A DNA stretch of 64,000 nt from Octopus bimaculoides (GCF_001194135.2 NC_068998.1:49880615-49944614), one strand, 5' to 3'. Numbered from the stretch's first letter, positions 28,104 to 51,600 are shown. A program made the numbers and translations. Notes: generated by a model from the letters alone, not told the origin.

Positions 28104-29485
28104 NNNNNNNNNNNNNNNNNNNNNNNNNNNNNNNNNNNNNNNNNNNNNNNNNNNNNNNNNNNNNNNNNNNNNNNNNNNNNNNNNNNNNNNNNNNNNNNNN
28201 NNNNNNNNNNNNNNNNNNNNNNNNNNNNNNNNNNNNNNNNNNNNNNNNNNNNNNNNNNNNNNNNNNNNNNNNNNNNNNNNNNNNNNNNNNNNNNNNNNNN
28301 NNNNNNNNNNNNNNNNNNNNNNNNNNNNNNNNNNNNNNNNNNNNNNNNNNNNNNNNNNNNNNNNNNNNNNNNNNNNNNNNNNNNNNNNNNNNNNNNNNNN
28401 NNNNNNNNNNNNNNNNNNNNNNNNNNNNNNNNNNNNNNNNNNNNNNNNNNNNNNNNNNNNNNNNNNNNNNNNNNNNNNNNNNNNNNNNNNNNNNNNNNNN
28501 NNNNNNNNNNNNNNNNNNNNNNNNNNNNNNNNNNNNNNNNNNNNNNNNNNNNNNNNNNNNNNNNNNNNNNNNNNNNNNNNNNNNNNNNNNNNNNNNNNNN
28601 NNNNNNNNNNNNNNNNNNNNNNNNNNNNNNNNNNNNNNNNNNNNNNNNNNNNNNNNNNNNNNNNNNNNNNNNNNNNNNNNNNNNNNNNNNNNNNNNNNNN
28701 NNNNNNNNNNNNNNNNNNNNNNNNNNNNNNNNNNNNNNNNNNNNNNNNNNNNNNNNNNNNNNNNNNNNNNNNNNNNNNNNNNNNNNNNNNNNNNNNNNNN
28801 NNNNNNNNNNNNNNNNNNNNNNNNNNNNNNNNNNNNNNNNNNNNNNNNNNNNNNNNNNNNNNNNNNNNNNNNNNNNNNNNNNNNNNNNNNNNNNNNNNNN
28901 NNNNNNNNNNNNNNNNNNNNNNNNNNNNNNNNNNNNNNNNNNNNNNNNNNNNNNNNNNNNATACATACATATATATATATATATGCGCGCGCGCGCGTGT
29001 GCATCACAATTGAAAGTGTTGCTTTACAGGTTCACTTTCCCTAGCAGAAAAGTGATGTTTATATGTCATACATTGAAGTACGCAACACACGATATATATA
29101 CAATTAGTTCATTTTTTAGTTTATATACATATTTACTTACTTTTAAATTTTTCATTTGCAAATATAATGTTAATGCGTTCTCATGCAGAAATACCTTTCA
29201 TTAAAAATTTCCCTCCAAAACTGAATGTTTGGAAGGGGAGACCGTACATTTTGTATTCTAAAGATAACGCTAAGCGGAGAAAAAGAAAGAGGTAAAAAGA
29301 AGGAAAACGGGGAGAGAGATGAACAAACCGTACTTTTCTTTTTTCTTTTTTGGAAGAGGTCACTATTCCACACATTCCAATACGAAGTTAAAGGACTAAA
29401 TAAATAAATGGTTAAAGGAAGGGGCATAGCCCTTCTCTCTCACTCCCTCTAACTATGTGTCTATCTGACTGACAAACTATCCGTG

Positions 29486-29541
<56 letters not shown>

Positions 29542-29757
29542 CATCTCCATTGTCATTGAACCTCGCCCATAAAACAAAAACAATGACCTCTTCTTAACAG
29601 CTCCCCACCCAAAAATCTGTTTGGTACAAATGAACAAGGTGTTTGAACCTTCACAAAATATTATTTGACAAATTCGAGAAACGAACGAAAGCGATAATAA
29701 ATGAGGAAATAATAAAAGGGTTTTTTTCTCTAAAATCCTGACATAATCTTTTCTCGA

Positions 29758-29800
<43 letters not shown>

Positions 29801-30059
29801 ATATATATAATTGGAATAATTTGAATTCAACAAAAAGGCGTGCGGTTGGATATTTATTTTTGATCAGTACAATTGTTTCCATGGAACTTTCTGTTACTTG
29901 ATATGCACTTAGTTGTGTTTCGTCAAGTGATATGTAAATATTGTCTACAGAAGTTGACATTCCCTGCCTCAAGAACATCCTCTCTATCTGTCGTGTCCTG
30001 AAATTAGTAGCTGTCACTGAGTTTATCACGATGTGTTGTAGCTGAAGGCACGGTGCCAA

Positions 30060-30841
30060 TTATCTTTTCGTGGTCGGTAAATCAACAACCAGTTAAATGC
30101 TAGGGTCGACTACTCCGATATTACTGACCTTGTGTTAACATTTGGATACATTATTTGGCACGGAGAAGCTGCCAGATTCGTTTGCATACCTGAAAAAAAA
30201 AACATCTAATGACATTTTTCCGGATTAATGTTGAGAATTTAAGTTTCACCGAAGTCTATTTTAAATCCCATATTTCCAGAGTCTCTCAAATAAGGAGCAG
30301 TTTAACATTTGAGTTGATATAAACGAGTTACGCTCTGCCCCGAAATGATAGACCTCATGACAATATTGGAGACGTTGAAGCCCTACGCTGGCAGAATCTT
30401 CTGACGGTCGAGATAAGTGCATTGCAATATTTTCTCTGGCATTTTAGATCGGAGTTTTAGACTTTACACTCCCGGGTGGATAGAATAGAAAGTTTGTCAA
30501 CAACTTTGCCGATGGTATAAGCTTCGTTCCCCTAAAAATTGTTTCAATAAAAATCATCGTTATTCTGAATATTTAAATGCATTTGTTATATCTACGGATA
30601 TTATTCACTAATATGCTATGATTGTCAGAGATTTAGTAACAGCCAAGTGATATGCATTCAATACATTCTTATTCTAGTACATAATCAATAAATATATAAA
30701 TTATCTAACAATGAAGAACGCAATAGAAACCTTAGTGAAACAGAGGGTGGAATATATTCGTTCGGTTCCTGTCGCCACCACACATTGGTTTGTCTACTTA
30801 GATGATTTAAGAATAAAATAAATTAGTCCACACACACACAC

Positions 30842-30884
<43 letters not shown>

Positions 30885-32660
30885 TACGACGAGCATCTTT
30901 TAGGTTCCGTCTACGAAATCCACTACTAGAAAACAGTTGCCCAGGGTGGCACCTAGTTCGACTGAAAGCGGAATCATGTAGTTGTGAAGCAATCTCCTTA
31001 CCACACTGTCACGCTAAATCAGAGTGGGCAAGTGAAAGAAGATGACAAGGCAATGAAGAAACAAAGGATAGGAGAAGTCTTAGTTAGGAAATCTGAAGGA
31101 GAAGTAAAATGAAATAATTGAACGTGGTAAGGATAAGAAAGAAGATCAAGAAAGCCGTTTATCGTTAACAAGGCAAAGAAAAATATTGATAATTATTATG
31201 ATTACAAAACTTAAAGAACCTACAGGAAAAGAAAAGATAACAATGGAATGATATTACTAAATTTTAAAAAATGGTACAAGTGTAAAATAAAAAAACGAAA
31301 TGAAAATTTATTTGTGATCAGAATCTGTTTTAGATCAGAAACGACGGTTTAGACAACGGTAATTTCTGGTCTTAAAAATCGTCGTTGTTGCTATTGGAAA
31401 ATTTGGTTTGCTCACTTTACTAATTCATTTGTCAAAATGAAGCCGGTCAAAAACAAAACATAAAAGCTATACACGTATAAATCTGATGTTCTTTCTAATC
31501 TATATCTCGTTCTATTGGATTAGGGAATAATTTATGAGCGTTCTTTTCAAATTTATTTTAAACAAAATACATACAACAAATTAATCAATAATATACACTC
31601 CGTTGTTGTTAAGAATTCCTTTCCTCGTTTAATAAGTTCTTCGATCCCGCGGTGAGAGACATGTCCCGGTCTTCAGTGAAAGAATTCGTCCAACGAAGTC
31701 AATGTTGAACACACCGCTCAAAGCATTCGAAAGCAGTGGACAGAGATGTAAATCTGACGCTACTAAGGTTGGAGACTATGGATTATGAGGCAGCGCTTCC
31801 CATTCGAGTTCATGAATTGCGGCTTTGATCATACTGGCGATATGAGGACGAGTGTTGTCGTGTTGCAGAAGAACGCTATATTGTAAAACAAAAACGTCTA
31901 TTTTAAATTGCATGAAACATTTTCACAATACACACCGGTCAAAATTCTTAGCGGCGTTTCCTCCGTGTTTACGTTCTGAGTTAAGTTTCAGCAGGCGTCT
32001 TCTTTGCATTTCCTCAAGTCTCGGTCGATAAATTAAGTACCAATCAAGTACTACGGTCGAAGTACTCGACTATCCCCCCCCCCCTCAAATTCCAGGTTCT
32101 GTGCCAATGGTAGAAAGATAATTAGTATTTAAGGTATTTTTAATGCAGTAAAGTGGTAGAATCGTTAGCTTGCCGAACCAAATGCTTAGCAACATTTCTT
32201 ATGTTTTCATGTTTTGAGTTACATTCTGCCGAAGTCGAATTTACCTAAGAAGAAGAATAAAATGAAAACAATAATCAATAATACAATGAATATATGTCTC
32301 TGTTTATTAGAAATACTGTTTTCTTTCCAAATCTATATTCATTTTCTTTGACTGATTTATCGATAAAATAAGTGCCAGTATATTGATGAAGTTCTTCGAG
32401 TGTATATAATGAACTCATCCGTACGTTTGGTATTTGATGAGGTTACACGCAGAGCTCTGGGGAATGGAAACTGTGTTTGCGTTATTGGTCGAGGACAATC
32501 GTCACATTTTATATACGTTTTTGTAGGAAATATCAACTTTATTCAAGAAATGAATGTACCAATTGTAAATGAATACTGCAATTTATATCACATGAATTAA
32601 TAATAATTCATGTGATATGTGCAAATCTAAGTCAGCAGCCTGCATGCATTGTTACATTAT
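30060..32660 (+). pseudogene. Relic family unit R1: intron-2-homologous block plus a degenerate tail exon
   Basis: 30060-30690 aligns by eye with 48290-48930 (G6 intron between A' and B'). 32400-32660 matches the pre-tail intron and tail exon (compare 36830-37060), but the acceptor is TTCAT rather than TTCAG and the exon breaks off after ~50 nt. Confidence 0.6.
31630..31910 (-). mobile_element. mariner-like fragment
   Basis: Reverse complement shows HDNTRPH and WEALPH...PSSVRFTSL...FEC-like remnants. Confidence 0.5.
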
Positions 32661-32826
32661 ACCCTATAATAATGGACCATATTTTAATGGAAACTGATAT
32701 GCAGAGCTAGGAATAGGGGTAGATAATAAAGTACTGGTGACGGTGAGGTGAATAAAAGAGAGAGAAAAAGAGAAAGAAAGAAAGACGAACAGTAAACTAA
32801 AAGCAGAGGGAGGCAAAATAATACAT

Positions 32827-32883
<57 letters not shown>

Positions 32884-33902
32884 NNNNNNNNNNNNNNNNN
32901 NNNNNNNNNNNNNNNNNNNNNNNNNNNNNNNNNNNNNNNNNNNNNNNNNNNNNNNNNNNNNNNNNNNNNNNNNNNNNNNNNNNNNNNNNNNNNNNNNNNN
33001 NNNNNNNNNNNNNNNNNNNNNNNNNNNNNNNNNNNNNNNNNNNNNNNNNNNNNNNNNNNNNNNNNNNNNNNNNNNNNNNNNNNNNNNNNNNNNNNNNNNN
33101 NNNNNNNNNNNNNNNNNNNNNNNNNNNNNNNNNNNNNNNNNNNNNNNNNNNNNNNNNNNNNNNNNNNNNNNNNNNNNNNNNNNNNNNNNNNNNNNNNNNN
33201 NNNNNNNNNNNNNNNNNNNNNNNNNNNNNNNNNNNNNNNNNNNNNNNNNNNNNNNNNNNNNNNNNNNNNNNNNNNNNNNNNNNNNNNNNNNNNNNNNNNN
33301 NNNNNNNNNNNNNNNNNNNNNNNNNNNNNNNNNNNNNNNNNNNNNNNNNNNNNNNNNNNNNNNNNNNNNNNNNNNNNNNNNNNNNNNNNNNNNNNNNNNN
33401 NNNNNNNNNNNNNNNNNNNNNNNNNNNNNNNNNNNNNNNNNNNNNNNNNNNNNNNNNNNNNNNNNNNNNNNNNNNNNNNNNNNNNNNNNNNNNNNNNNNN
33501 NNNNNNNNNNNNNNNNNNNNNNNNNNNNNNNNNNNNNNNNNNNNNNNNNNNNNNNNNNNNNNNNNNNNNNNNNNNNNNNNNNNNNNNNNNNNNNNNNNNN
33601 NNNNNNNNNNNNNNNNNNNNNNNNNNNNNNNNNNNNNNNNNNNNNNNNNNNNNNNNNNNNNNNNNNNNNNNNNNNNNNNNNNNNNNNNNNNNNNNNNNNN
33701 NNNNNNNNNNNNNNNNNNNNNNNNNNNNNNNNNNNNNNNNNNNNNNNNNNNNNNNNNNNNNNNNNNNNNNNNNNNNNNNNNNNNNNNNNNNNNNNNNNNN
33801 NNNNNNNNNNNTATATATATATATATATATATATATATTTACATATACATAAATACATATATATATATATATATATATGTTCGTGTATGTGTGAATATAT
33901 TC

Positions 33903-33972
33903 ATTGGCTGAATAGTCTATGACGTCACAAAAAGGAATAACATTGATTTATGTCATTTTTTTATAATATAAA
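33903..33972 (+). promoter_or_regulatory. Putative promoter of G5: reverse CCAAT, CRE and TATA
   Basis: ATTGG at 33903-33907, TGACGTCA at 33920-33927 and TATAAA at 33967-33972, 74 nt before the ATG. G6 has TGATGTCA (40993-41000) and TATAAA (41029-41034) at equivalent positions. Confidence 0.5.
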
Positions 33973-35039
33973 TATGTGTGAAATTTGAAACGTAACAGAT
34001 AGTGCCGTACAAGGATTTAGATCCTATAAGGAACTTCGGAATGAAAGCTACAATAAGCATGTGTTTACTCATTCTCTGTAGGTAACTCTATTGGACGTTG
34101 AATTTTTCCCAGAAACAAAATCTATTTAAAATTACCATATGATCTACTTAAACAAACAGCGTATGTTTTTTTCACAACCATATGTGTAAAGACTGATATT
34201 CAAACACCGAAACACACCCCCACACATGCACACACATTCACACACACACATAAACAAAGTCACACAGGTGAACGCTATATTTCGTTATCTGCCTCTCCAT
34301 GTGTATATGAATGGGCATGTGTATGTCTGAGTGTATATGTATTTGCAAGTACGTGTGTTTGTGAAATAATGCATCGATCTTTTTAAAAAAGTTACGTTCC
34401 TATCATTGCGTGTTCGTTTCTTTTTCGCATCTGATAAATGTATATTATGGGACTGTTATTTTGACTAGTTGTGTCTATTTATCAACCGATGAGAAACATC
34501 GACATCGCCGGATCCTTCTGGACCAGGCGTTAAGCGTCGCACCCGTGAGGACTCGATGCTAGCCGTGAAGTGATCTTAGTGCAACTAAAATAAATTAATA
34601 CTAAAATCATATATTTCTCGCACACAGAGACGCACATGTACTCATACAAACACACATATATATACATAAATGGAAATTCCTGTCTGTCTGCCTGTCCATC
34701 GGCCTGTTACAATCTAGCTGCCCAGACCATGGAAGCGATCTCCACCAAACCTTTTGAAATGACATCTTGTTCAATTATAGGCTAATAGGATTTCAATAAA
34801 AATTGATGACGGACTGCGGGGTTGGGTTATTACATGAGAAAATGACAGCTGTGCAATAGTGTTAGGTTCAGGGAATCATGGCATAATGAGCGAGGCTATG
34901 TATCCCTGCTCGGTATGTGGTGAAGCAATTAACTGACCTCTAATTATAATTATGCTTATAATTATTGAATATTTGTATAATGTTATCTATATTTCGCCAT
35001 GAAGACATGAGCGAAATTAACAGCTATGGGATTACCGGG

Positions 35040-36000
35040 TGCTAAAATCTTTGTCCAAACTTTATTGTGTTGCTTTGTAACACAAATCGCAATAATCTAA
35101 AGAGAAAATTATTTGATGGAATAGATTTGTTTGACCCCTTTGCGAAATTATGTAGGCATATTTGTCGCCTGTCATTGTGGCCAATATTGAGATATAAGGT
35201 AGAAACATCCAGGGTTACCAAAAAACAGTTCCCGACATGACCCTGGTGTTTAAAAAAAACGTAGTTGATCTCAGACACAAAAGCAAAAGTATCCCGAATA
35301 TAAGGAACTTTATCCTTTTGTGACAAGGCGGAGTAGAAACCCGCCATTCCAAAAACTTGGATGTACATTCATATCCGCTGCAAATTGGGCGCATTGGAGG
35401 AAATCTTTTGAACGTTCTGTGTATTTTAGGAAGACCATAAAATACAGATGTTCTTTCTGACCATAAATTCCGGATTCTGCATTATTACTGAATTTGTTTA
35501 CTCCCATTTTCAGAATTATTTTGCCAAGTCCCTCTCTGCAATTGTGTTTTGGGTTGACAGGTAATACTTCATATGAAGTCTTGTTATTTAGAACGGCTTC
35601 ACAAACCGGAATACACTCGCTGTTCTCCCTAATTACGTTAGCATCTCCCATACCCGCCATTTTGATAACAATAGAATCATTATCAGTTAGAGGTCGTAGT
35701 GCGTAACGATGGGAATTTGTGAGATTATTCCAGTATTTCTTCCCACTTGTTTTAAGGATATTTTAAAAGCCTGTATTTTCTTGTTTCCTCTTTTTTTCTG
35801 TCTTTGTGTTCGCCTGTTATAAAATTGTAACTGAAAGACTGATGATGTCCTTCCATCACCGTGTGGACGCTGGTTGCTCTCGTTCATACTTTAAATTTAA
35901 ATTTCTATAATTTTGAATTTTTATCACTTCTTATGTTGAACTTCACAAAGACAGGCTTACTGTCGTAATATCGTTCAGCCAATAACATATCTATTAGAAA
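35040..36000 (-). mobile_element. Penelope-like RT fragment
   Basis: ORF 35042..35368 contains FLVTLDVSTLYLNI (PLE RT motif LDVxSLYTNI) and RFVLQSNTIKFG. Confidence 0.8.
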
Positions 36001-36019
36001 CCAATCGCTTTCTTCACGT

Positions 36020-36025
36020 TGACTA

Positions 36026-36066
<41 letters not shown>

Positions 36067-36088
36067 GTTAGTAGTAGTAGTAGTAGTG

Positions 36089-36133
<45 letters not shown>

Positions 36134-36348
36134 CCTTCGCATAGTTTCTAACGCTGGAGATGTACTACAGTGTCAGCTGTTCACTACCAGTGCACTATAA
36201 TAACACATCCTACTTAACGAGCACCTTCCGGAGTATTCGAGCGGTTCCAAGCAGTGCTGTTTTCTACAAGTGCTCAACCCTTGTTGCAGCCCCTATTTGT
36301 TCCACGTAAATCTCGAGATTTTGGCCCACCATTCCCAGGGCTCCGGCA

Positions 36349-36393
<45 letters not shown>

Positions 36394-36420
36394 CATTATT
36401 ATTATTATTATTATGATTAT
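36020..36420 (-). mobile_element. 3' end of an R4/Dong-like LINE between (ATT)n/(AGT)n tracts
   Basis: Minus strand reads GALGMVGQNLEIYVEQIGAATRVEHL*KTALLGTARILRKVL, the typical C-terminus after a REL endonuclease, with a microsatellite tail. Confidence 0.65.
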
Positions 36421-37439
36421 TTAATCTATTTTAATTCAGCGAACTGGTAAACTTGTTAGGACACCGTACGAAATGCTTAGCAGATTTTAGTCCTTTACCT
36501 TCTGAATGGAAATTCCGACCAGGTCCACTTTGCCGTTCAGCCTGTCAGGTCGATAAAATAAGTAGGAGCTGAAGCGAAGAAGAAGAAGAAGAAGAAGAAG
36601 AAGAAGAAGAAGGAGGAGGNNNNNNNNNNTAAGTAGGAGCTGAAGCGAAGAAGAAGAAGAAGAAGAAAAACTACAACAACATTAATTATAATAAAGATAC
36701 ACTGGAAATTTATTTACCAGCTTATTATAATTACTGTTTAATTTCCACATCTATTTTTATCTTTTTCTGCCAAAATTATTTCCAATGGTTTACAGCTGCT
36801 TAGTCTACGTATTGCTCTCGTTTGTAAGTTGTGTATTTCACCTGATTACACGCAGAGCTCTTATGAATGGAGACTGTTTGCGTTATTGGTCGAGAACAAT
36901 CCTCACACTTCATGTAATTCTCGAGAAAATGTCAACGATATTGACGAAATAAATCCATCAATTCTAAATGACATGACTAATTCATTAACATATTTTTTGT
37001 TTCAATTTATTTAGGTGACGTTCCCAAATCTAGGTTAGCGCCCTGCGTTGTTACATTAAACAATATATTATTGGCCGTTCCTGAATCTACCATATTTTAG
37101 TGGAATTCGAACGTATGCACGATGTGAGGCTAACATATATGAAAAATGTAAGTGAGACATTTTCGAAAGTTTTGCATTATATTAAATCTTATATTCAGTA
37201 TATAACAAATGGAAGTAACTAAATAGCTTCGAAATAATATTTTTATACCCATGCCAAGAAACATTATATCTAATTCGTTTGAATACAATGTCACTTTACA
37301 TCTACTGACGTTGCTATGTGATATTTATTTTCAATTCATTACTGCATCAATGCTATAAGAGTAGTGTCAGATAATTTGAAAATGAATTGCTCTTCAATAT
37401 ATATTCAGTTAGAAAAGTTTCACGAACAAGCTATTTTGG

Positions 37440-38190
37440 AGGAGCATTATCTTATTTTCCTACGTTTTATTATCATCTCCTTCGAAAAAGTCATCTTCCG
37501 CATCTGTACTCCGGCCGCACTCTTCCTACCACTTTTGGAATCCGGTTTAGAAATTGATTTCTGCAAGCGTTACGCGGAATTTCCGCAACTCGACCTGGAT
37601 CACGACAACTGTGGGAAAACGATGATCTTGGAGTCTTCATCTTCGGGAAGAGAGGAAATTCCGCAGATGTTAAATCTGGGGAAAATGTTGGTTCCGTAAG
37701 CTATATTATGTTGATTTTGTTGAGAAACTTACGAGCGTGGAGATCTCAGTGATAGAGTGCATTGTCATTGTGAAAATTACAATTTTTGCGCTCCACAGAC
37801 TCGGTTGTTTTCGGAGAACGTACTCATTCACAAGCTTCAAAAGGTCATTGATTGTCTTGTGACGATGCTCATGCTCGAGCTGATGAGTTTTCCACATTTC
37901 ATCGGTGGGTGGGGGGACGCTGGTAGAATGTCTTCAAGTTCTCTAATCCACTTCTAGGATCATTCTACCACTTTTGAAGCGTCAATGCCACTCGAGACAT
38001 CACATACGACTCACGTAAGCTTGCCGAATCTTTCTCAATGTTTCTGTAGCAGATTTCGCAATTTAATGCAGCGTATCACGTTTGCTTTCTTGTCGAACCC
38101 TCGTCCTTGACAAAATCGCAAACTACAGCATACACATAATCACAAATTCACTTGTGAAGTAAACACAACGATATCTCTCGATTTCACTGT
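37440..38190 (-). mobile_element. mariner relic
   Basis: Decayed transposase-like sequence resembling the other mariner copies in the window (e.g. cgtaagcttgccga shared with 51405-51420). Confidence 0.5.
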
Positions 38191-41111
38191 GTCATGAAGA
38201 TCACGGCAACCTCTCACCGTGAGCTATCACATTTTGGCGCCCTATGGTACTAGCACGTAAAATGTTTGATACCACCACGTATGGCAGTTTCGAAGAAACA
38301 TCATCCAAGGTTTAACTCTATGAATACCCTGCAACATTTTATGTGATACTGGTATCACATTTTATGTGATACCAGTAGCATATCAATAGACATAGCATTA
38401 TCAAAGGACATTCTTTTCAAGGGAATATTCCGTTGTTACCACTGGGCATTACTAAAACAATATCAACAGGTCTGTGTGATATATTAACACAACATATCCA
38501 CATGCTGCAATTTATAATTCATAACTAAAGAAAGTAAATTTAAATGATATCAAGTCCTTTGTGGCATAAAACAACCGTTTACAAAGGTTTCCCGAATTTC
38601 ATTAGTAATATTACTCTATGGAGATGAAACGAAAAAAAACTAGCTTTGGGATCAAATTATACTTCGGTATTATTTCAAGTCGAACCTGGAGAAAATGTTG
38701 TAAGGCATGGTGTACGACACAAAAGAATTTAATCTCCTACTAGACTCTTTGATATATCAATAATGGTTCATTTAGGCAGGATGTTAGATAGAAGAAATCG
38801 GTCACTAGATTCAATCCTCGTAGTTGGATGGTGCGTTACATTACTGCCTTGAAAGAGATGAACGCTCCTTATGTACCAGTTGAAATTGAACAAGTAAAGT
38901 AATATTCCGAATAAAATAACATAACATGCTTCGTTTTCTCCATACTTTCTTGTCAAGCGATATTGTTTTGCTTATTTTACAAGTGCTAATATTATTTTCA
39001 AGGTATTAGAAACCTATTGACGATAAGTTTCTTCAGGGGGAACTAATAGTTAATACTGTGTATTACAAATTTAAATTGACAATAAACTATTAAATATTTC
39101 AATAAATCTTGCGTTTTTCTATTCTCTGTACTAGTTGTTACGGAAGTTGTACTTATAATGTGTATCCGTAATACATATAAAAATAAATATGCATAAGGAT
39201 ATAATTACATATCTCTAATAATTTCTGAATAATTTTCCTCACGTACTTGTATGAGAAATTCGTGGCTACGCCAGAGCATTGCTCGAAAGGTTTAGTCGAA
39301 GATATCAATCTCAATTCTCAATTAAAACTAGTAATTAATTTATCCGTAATACGACATGACTATGTAAATTTCTTAATATAGATTTGCATACATTATGACA
39401 TGAATATATATATATATATANNNNNNNNNNNNNNNNNNNNNNNNNNNNNNNNNNNNNNNNNNNNNNNNNNNNNNNNNNNNNNNNNNNNNNNNNNNNNNNN
39501 NNNNNNNNNNNNNNNNNNNNNNNNNNNNNNNNNNNNNNNNNNNNNNNNNNNNNNNNNNNNNNNNNNNNNNNNNNNNNNNNNNNNNNNNNNNNNNNNNNNN
39601 NNNNNNNNNNNNNNNNNNNNNNNNNNNNNNNNNNNNNNNNNNNNNNNNNNNNNNNNNNNNNNNNNNNNNNNNNNNNNNNNNNNNNNNNNNNNNNNNNNNN
39701 NNNNNNNNNNNNNNNNNNNNNNNNNNNNNNNNNNNNNNNNNNNNNNNNNNNNNNNNNNNNNNNNNNNNNNNNNNNNNNNNNNNNNNNNNNNNNNNNNNNN
39801 NNNNNNNNNNNNNNNNNNNNNNNNNNNNNNNNNNNNNNNNNNNNNNNNNNNNNNNNNNNNNNNNNNNNNNNNNNNNNNNNNNNNNNNNNNNNNNNNNNNN
39901 NNNNNNNNNNNNNNNNNNNNNNNNNNNNNNNNNNNNNNNNNNNNNNNNNNNNNNNNNNNNNNNNNNNNNNNNNNNNNNNNNNNNNNNNATATATATATAT
40001 ATATATATACTATCTATATACTTATATATAGATACCTATTAATGTGCGCATGTGTGTGTCCATGCGTGTGCGTATATGCTTCTGTGTGCATTTCTGTGTC
40101 TTTTTAAGAATGTACTTGAAGTGTTTCCTTCTCTACGTTGATGTGTTTGTATCTATGTCTAAGACTGTGGGTGAATCCTATTTGGTATCTTTTAATTTCT
40201 TTCAATTTAATTACAACTTAAGGATAATATGAATCAACCCTGAACTCTCTATTACTTCTGCACAAACTCCATTTATACAGTCATAATGAAATGACCTTTT
40301 TAAATCCGTAGAACAGAAATGTGATTGGTTTCCGCACTCTCGATTGTTGATATATAAGATATTTCCCTGGGTTCTCTAAGCGAATTCATTAAACAGTAGA
40401 CTCTAAATTGACCAGTAGTAACAGCAAACAGAAGAAATAGTGCACATCAATGTAACTTCTGAAATTGCTTAATCTACTTCCGGCGAGATTTTGAATCAAA
40501 ACACAGTATTTAACTACCAATTCCACCCCCTTCATTCACACATTTTAATCGCTCAATTCGGTTTTGGTTTCATGCATCGTAATTGAATTATGGTGCGTAT
40601 CTTATTGGAATTCTGTTTAATATAATAATAACACGAGGTGAATCAAGGGAATGTATCGATAGGTTATCTTCTACATTGAGGTTATCTGTACAAACAGTGT
40701 CTATGCTTGGGATTAAGTAACAGATTGTACACTCATGATAATACATCTAACTACTTTATTATGACGTGTACTTTTTATATTACTTCGTATCTTTCCCTCA
40801 CTCTTTCCACACCAACACATACACACTTATATATATACAGCCACACAAACGCATATGTGCGTGTGTGTGTGTCTGTGTATGGATATGTGTACTTGCGTGT
40901 GTTTGTATGTGGGTGCGTGTGTGTGCCTGTGTTTGTATTTATGACGAGTCTATATGCATGGGGTTGAATTTATGCTGTGGCTCATTAAATTATGATGTCA
41001 GAAAAAGTAACGTTGATTTATATCGCGTTATAAATTAGTGTATGTGAATATTCGAGTCAAGGCTTGATAGTCAGTGCTGACCAGTGTTTCGACCAAACAA
41101 GGAAAACCGCA

Positions 41112-50491
<9,380 letters not shown>

Positions 50492-50799
50492 TGGAATTCA
50501 AGTTATGCACCACGTGAAGCTAATAAATCTAATGAACATGTAACAGTTATATTTTCGCTAGTTTTACATTATATTAACTCTTAATCTTAGTATATAACAA
50601 AAGTAAGTATCAAATTATCTTTGAAATGCTAAGAAATATATCTATTTCGCTTCAATACAATATTTCTTTACATCTAATGTCGTTGCAATATTATATTTAT
50701 TTTTAATCCATTACTGCTTTATGTTATGTTATTGGCGTGACACAATTTTCAAAAACCAAATTCTTTTTAATACTTCATGAGCATCAAAAGTATCCTGGA

Positions 50800-51600
50800 A
50801 TATTTTGTTTTTTTAATAACAAAATAATAACTAAGTTTTACCATATATCTCTTTCGAAATTGTCGTCTTGAACAGCTATAGATCGGTCCCTCGGTTCTTG
50901 CCACTTTGAGAATCCGACCTGGAAATATTTTCATCCCACTTTGGGATTCCGGCCGGGAAAGTGATTCGGGGACCCTCAACGATTCGATCTGGATCTGGAC
51001 AACGGAGTTAAAATGGTGACTTTTGAACTGCATTTCCATATTGGGGAAGAGATGAAAATCCATAGTTCCTAGATATGGCGTATGAGGCGGTTACGGAAAA
51101 GGTAAAATGTTATTGTTGGAGAGAAATTCACGAGAAAGGTGAATTCATTGACAAGGTACATGGTCGTTTTGAAGAATCCAGCTCTTCGCACTCGACATAT
51201 CCCACCGCTTTCGCCCAATGTTCTCGATCAAACGTTTCAAGACCTCATTGAATGTCCAGCGACAATCCTCATGCGCATGCTCATGAATCTTCTCATTTCT
51301 CCGCGGTTGACGCTCCTGGCAGGTCTTCTGATTTCCTATCGACTCTCACTTGAGAATCCCCAATGCCACTGGAAACTTTGTGTATGGCCCATTGCCTGGT
51401 CTCCGTAAGCTTGCCGATCACTATTTGCAATTTAAACCCTGTGATATCTCTTGGCACACATACTGTTACATGAAGCTCACAACCTTGTGCTGCCATCTGT
51501 TTGTGAGCCACTGAACTAGTCCGGGATATTTTTGATACCACCTCGTATTACAGCCAAGATTTATCTCTATAAATACACTGTAATACGAGGTTACAATATT
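50800..51600 (-). mobile_element. mariner relic
   Basis: ORF 50767..51063 DFHLFPNMEMQFKSHHFNSVVQIQ matches the mariner C-terminus DFHLFPKLK..LKG.RF. Confidence 0.75.

Larger units (their letters stand above)
34041..37100 (+). pseudogene. G5: domain-less family unit; signal exon 34041..34077 and tail exon 37015..37100, exons A/B not found
   Basis: MKATISMCLLIL(t)|GTAGGT is a near copy of the G6 signal exon. Tail exon after TTTAG| gives DVPKSRLAPCVVTLNNILLAVPESTIF*. The intervening DNA is mostly transposon-derived; the family AATAAA is mutated to AACATA. Confidence 0.6.

Noticed and set aside
34849-34940. Possible exon ending ...YPCSVCGEAIN
   Set aside because: Out of phase with the G5 signal exon (immediate stop) and more like a retroelement zinc-finger remnant next to a Helitron-like fragment.
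36570-36670. Direct repeat flanking a 10-N gap
   Set aside because: Likely a contig-overlap assembly artefact; the same applies to the duplication around 46349-46358.
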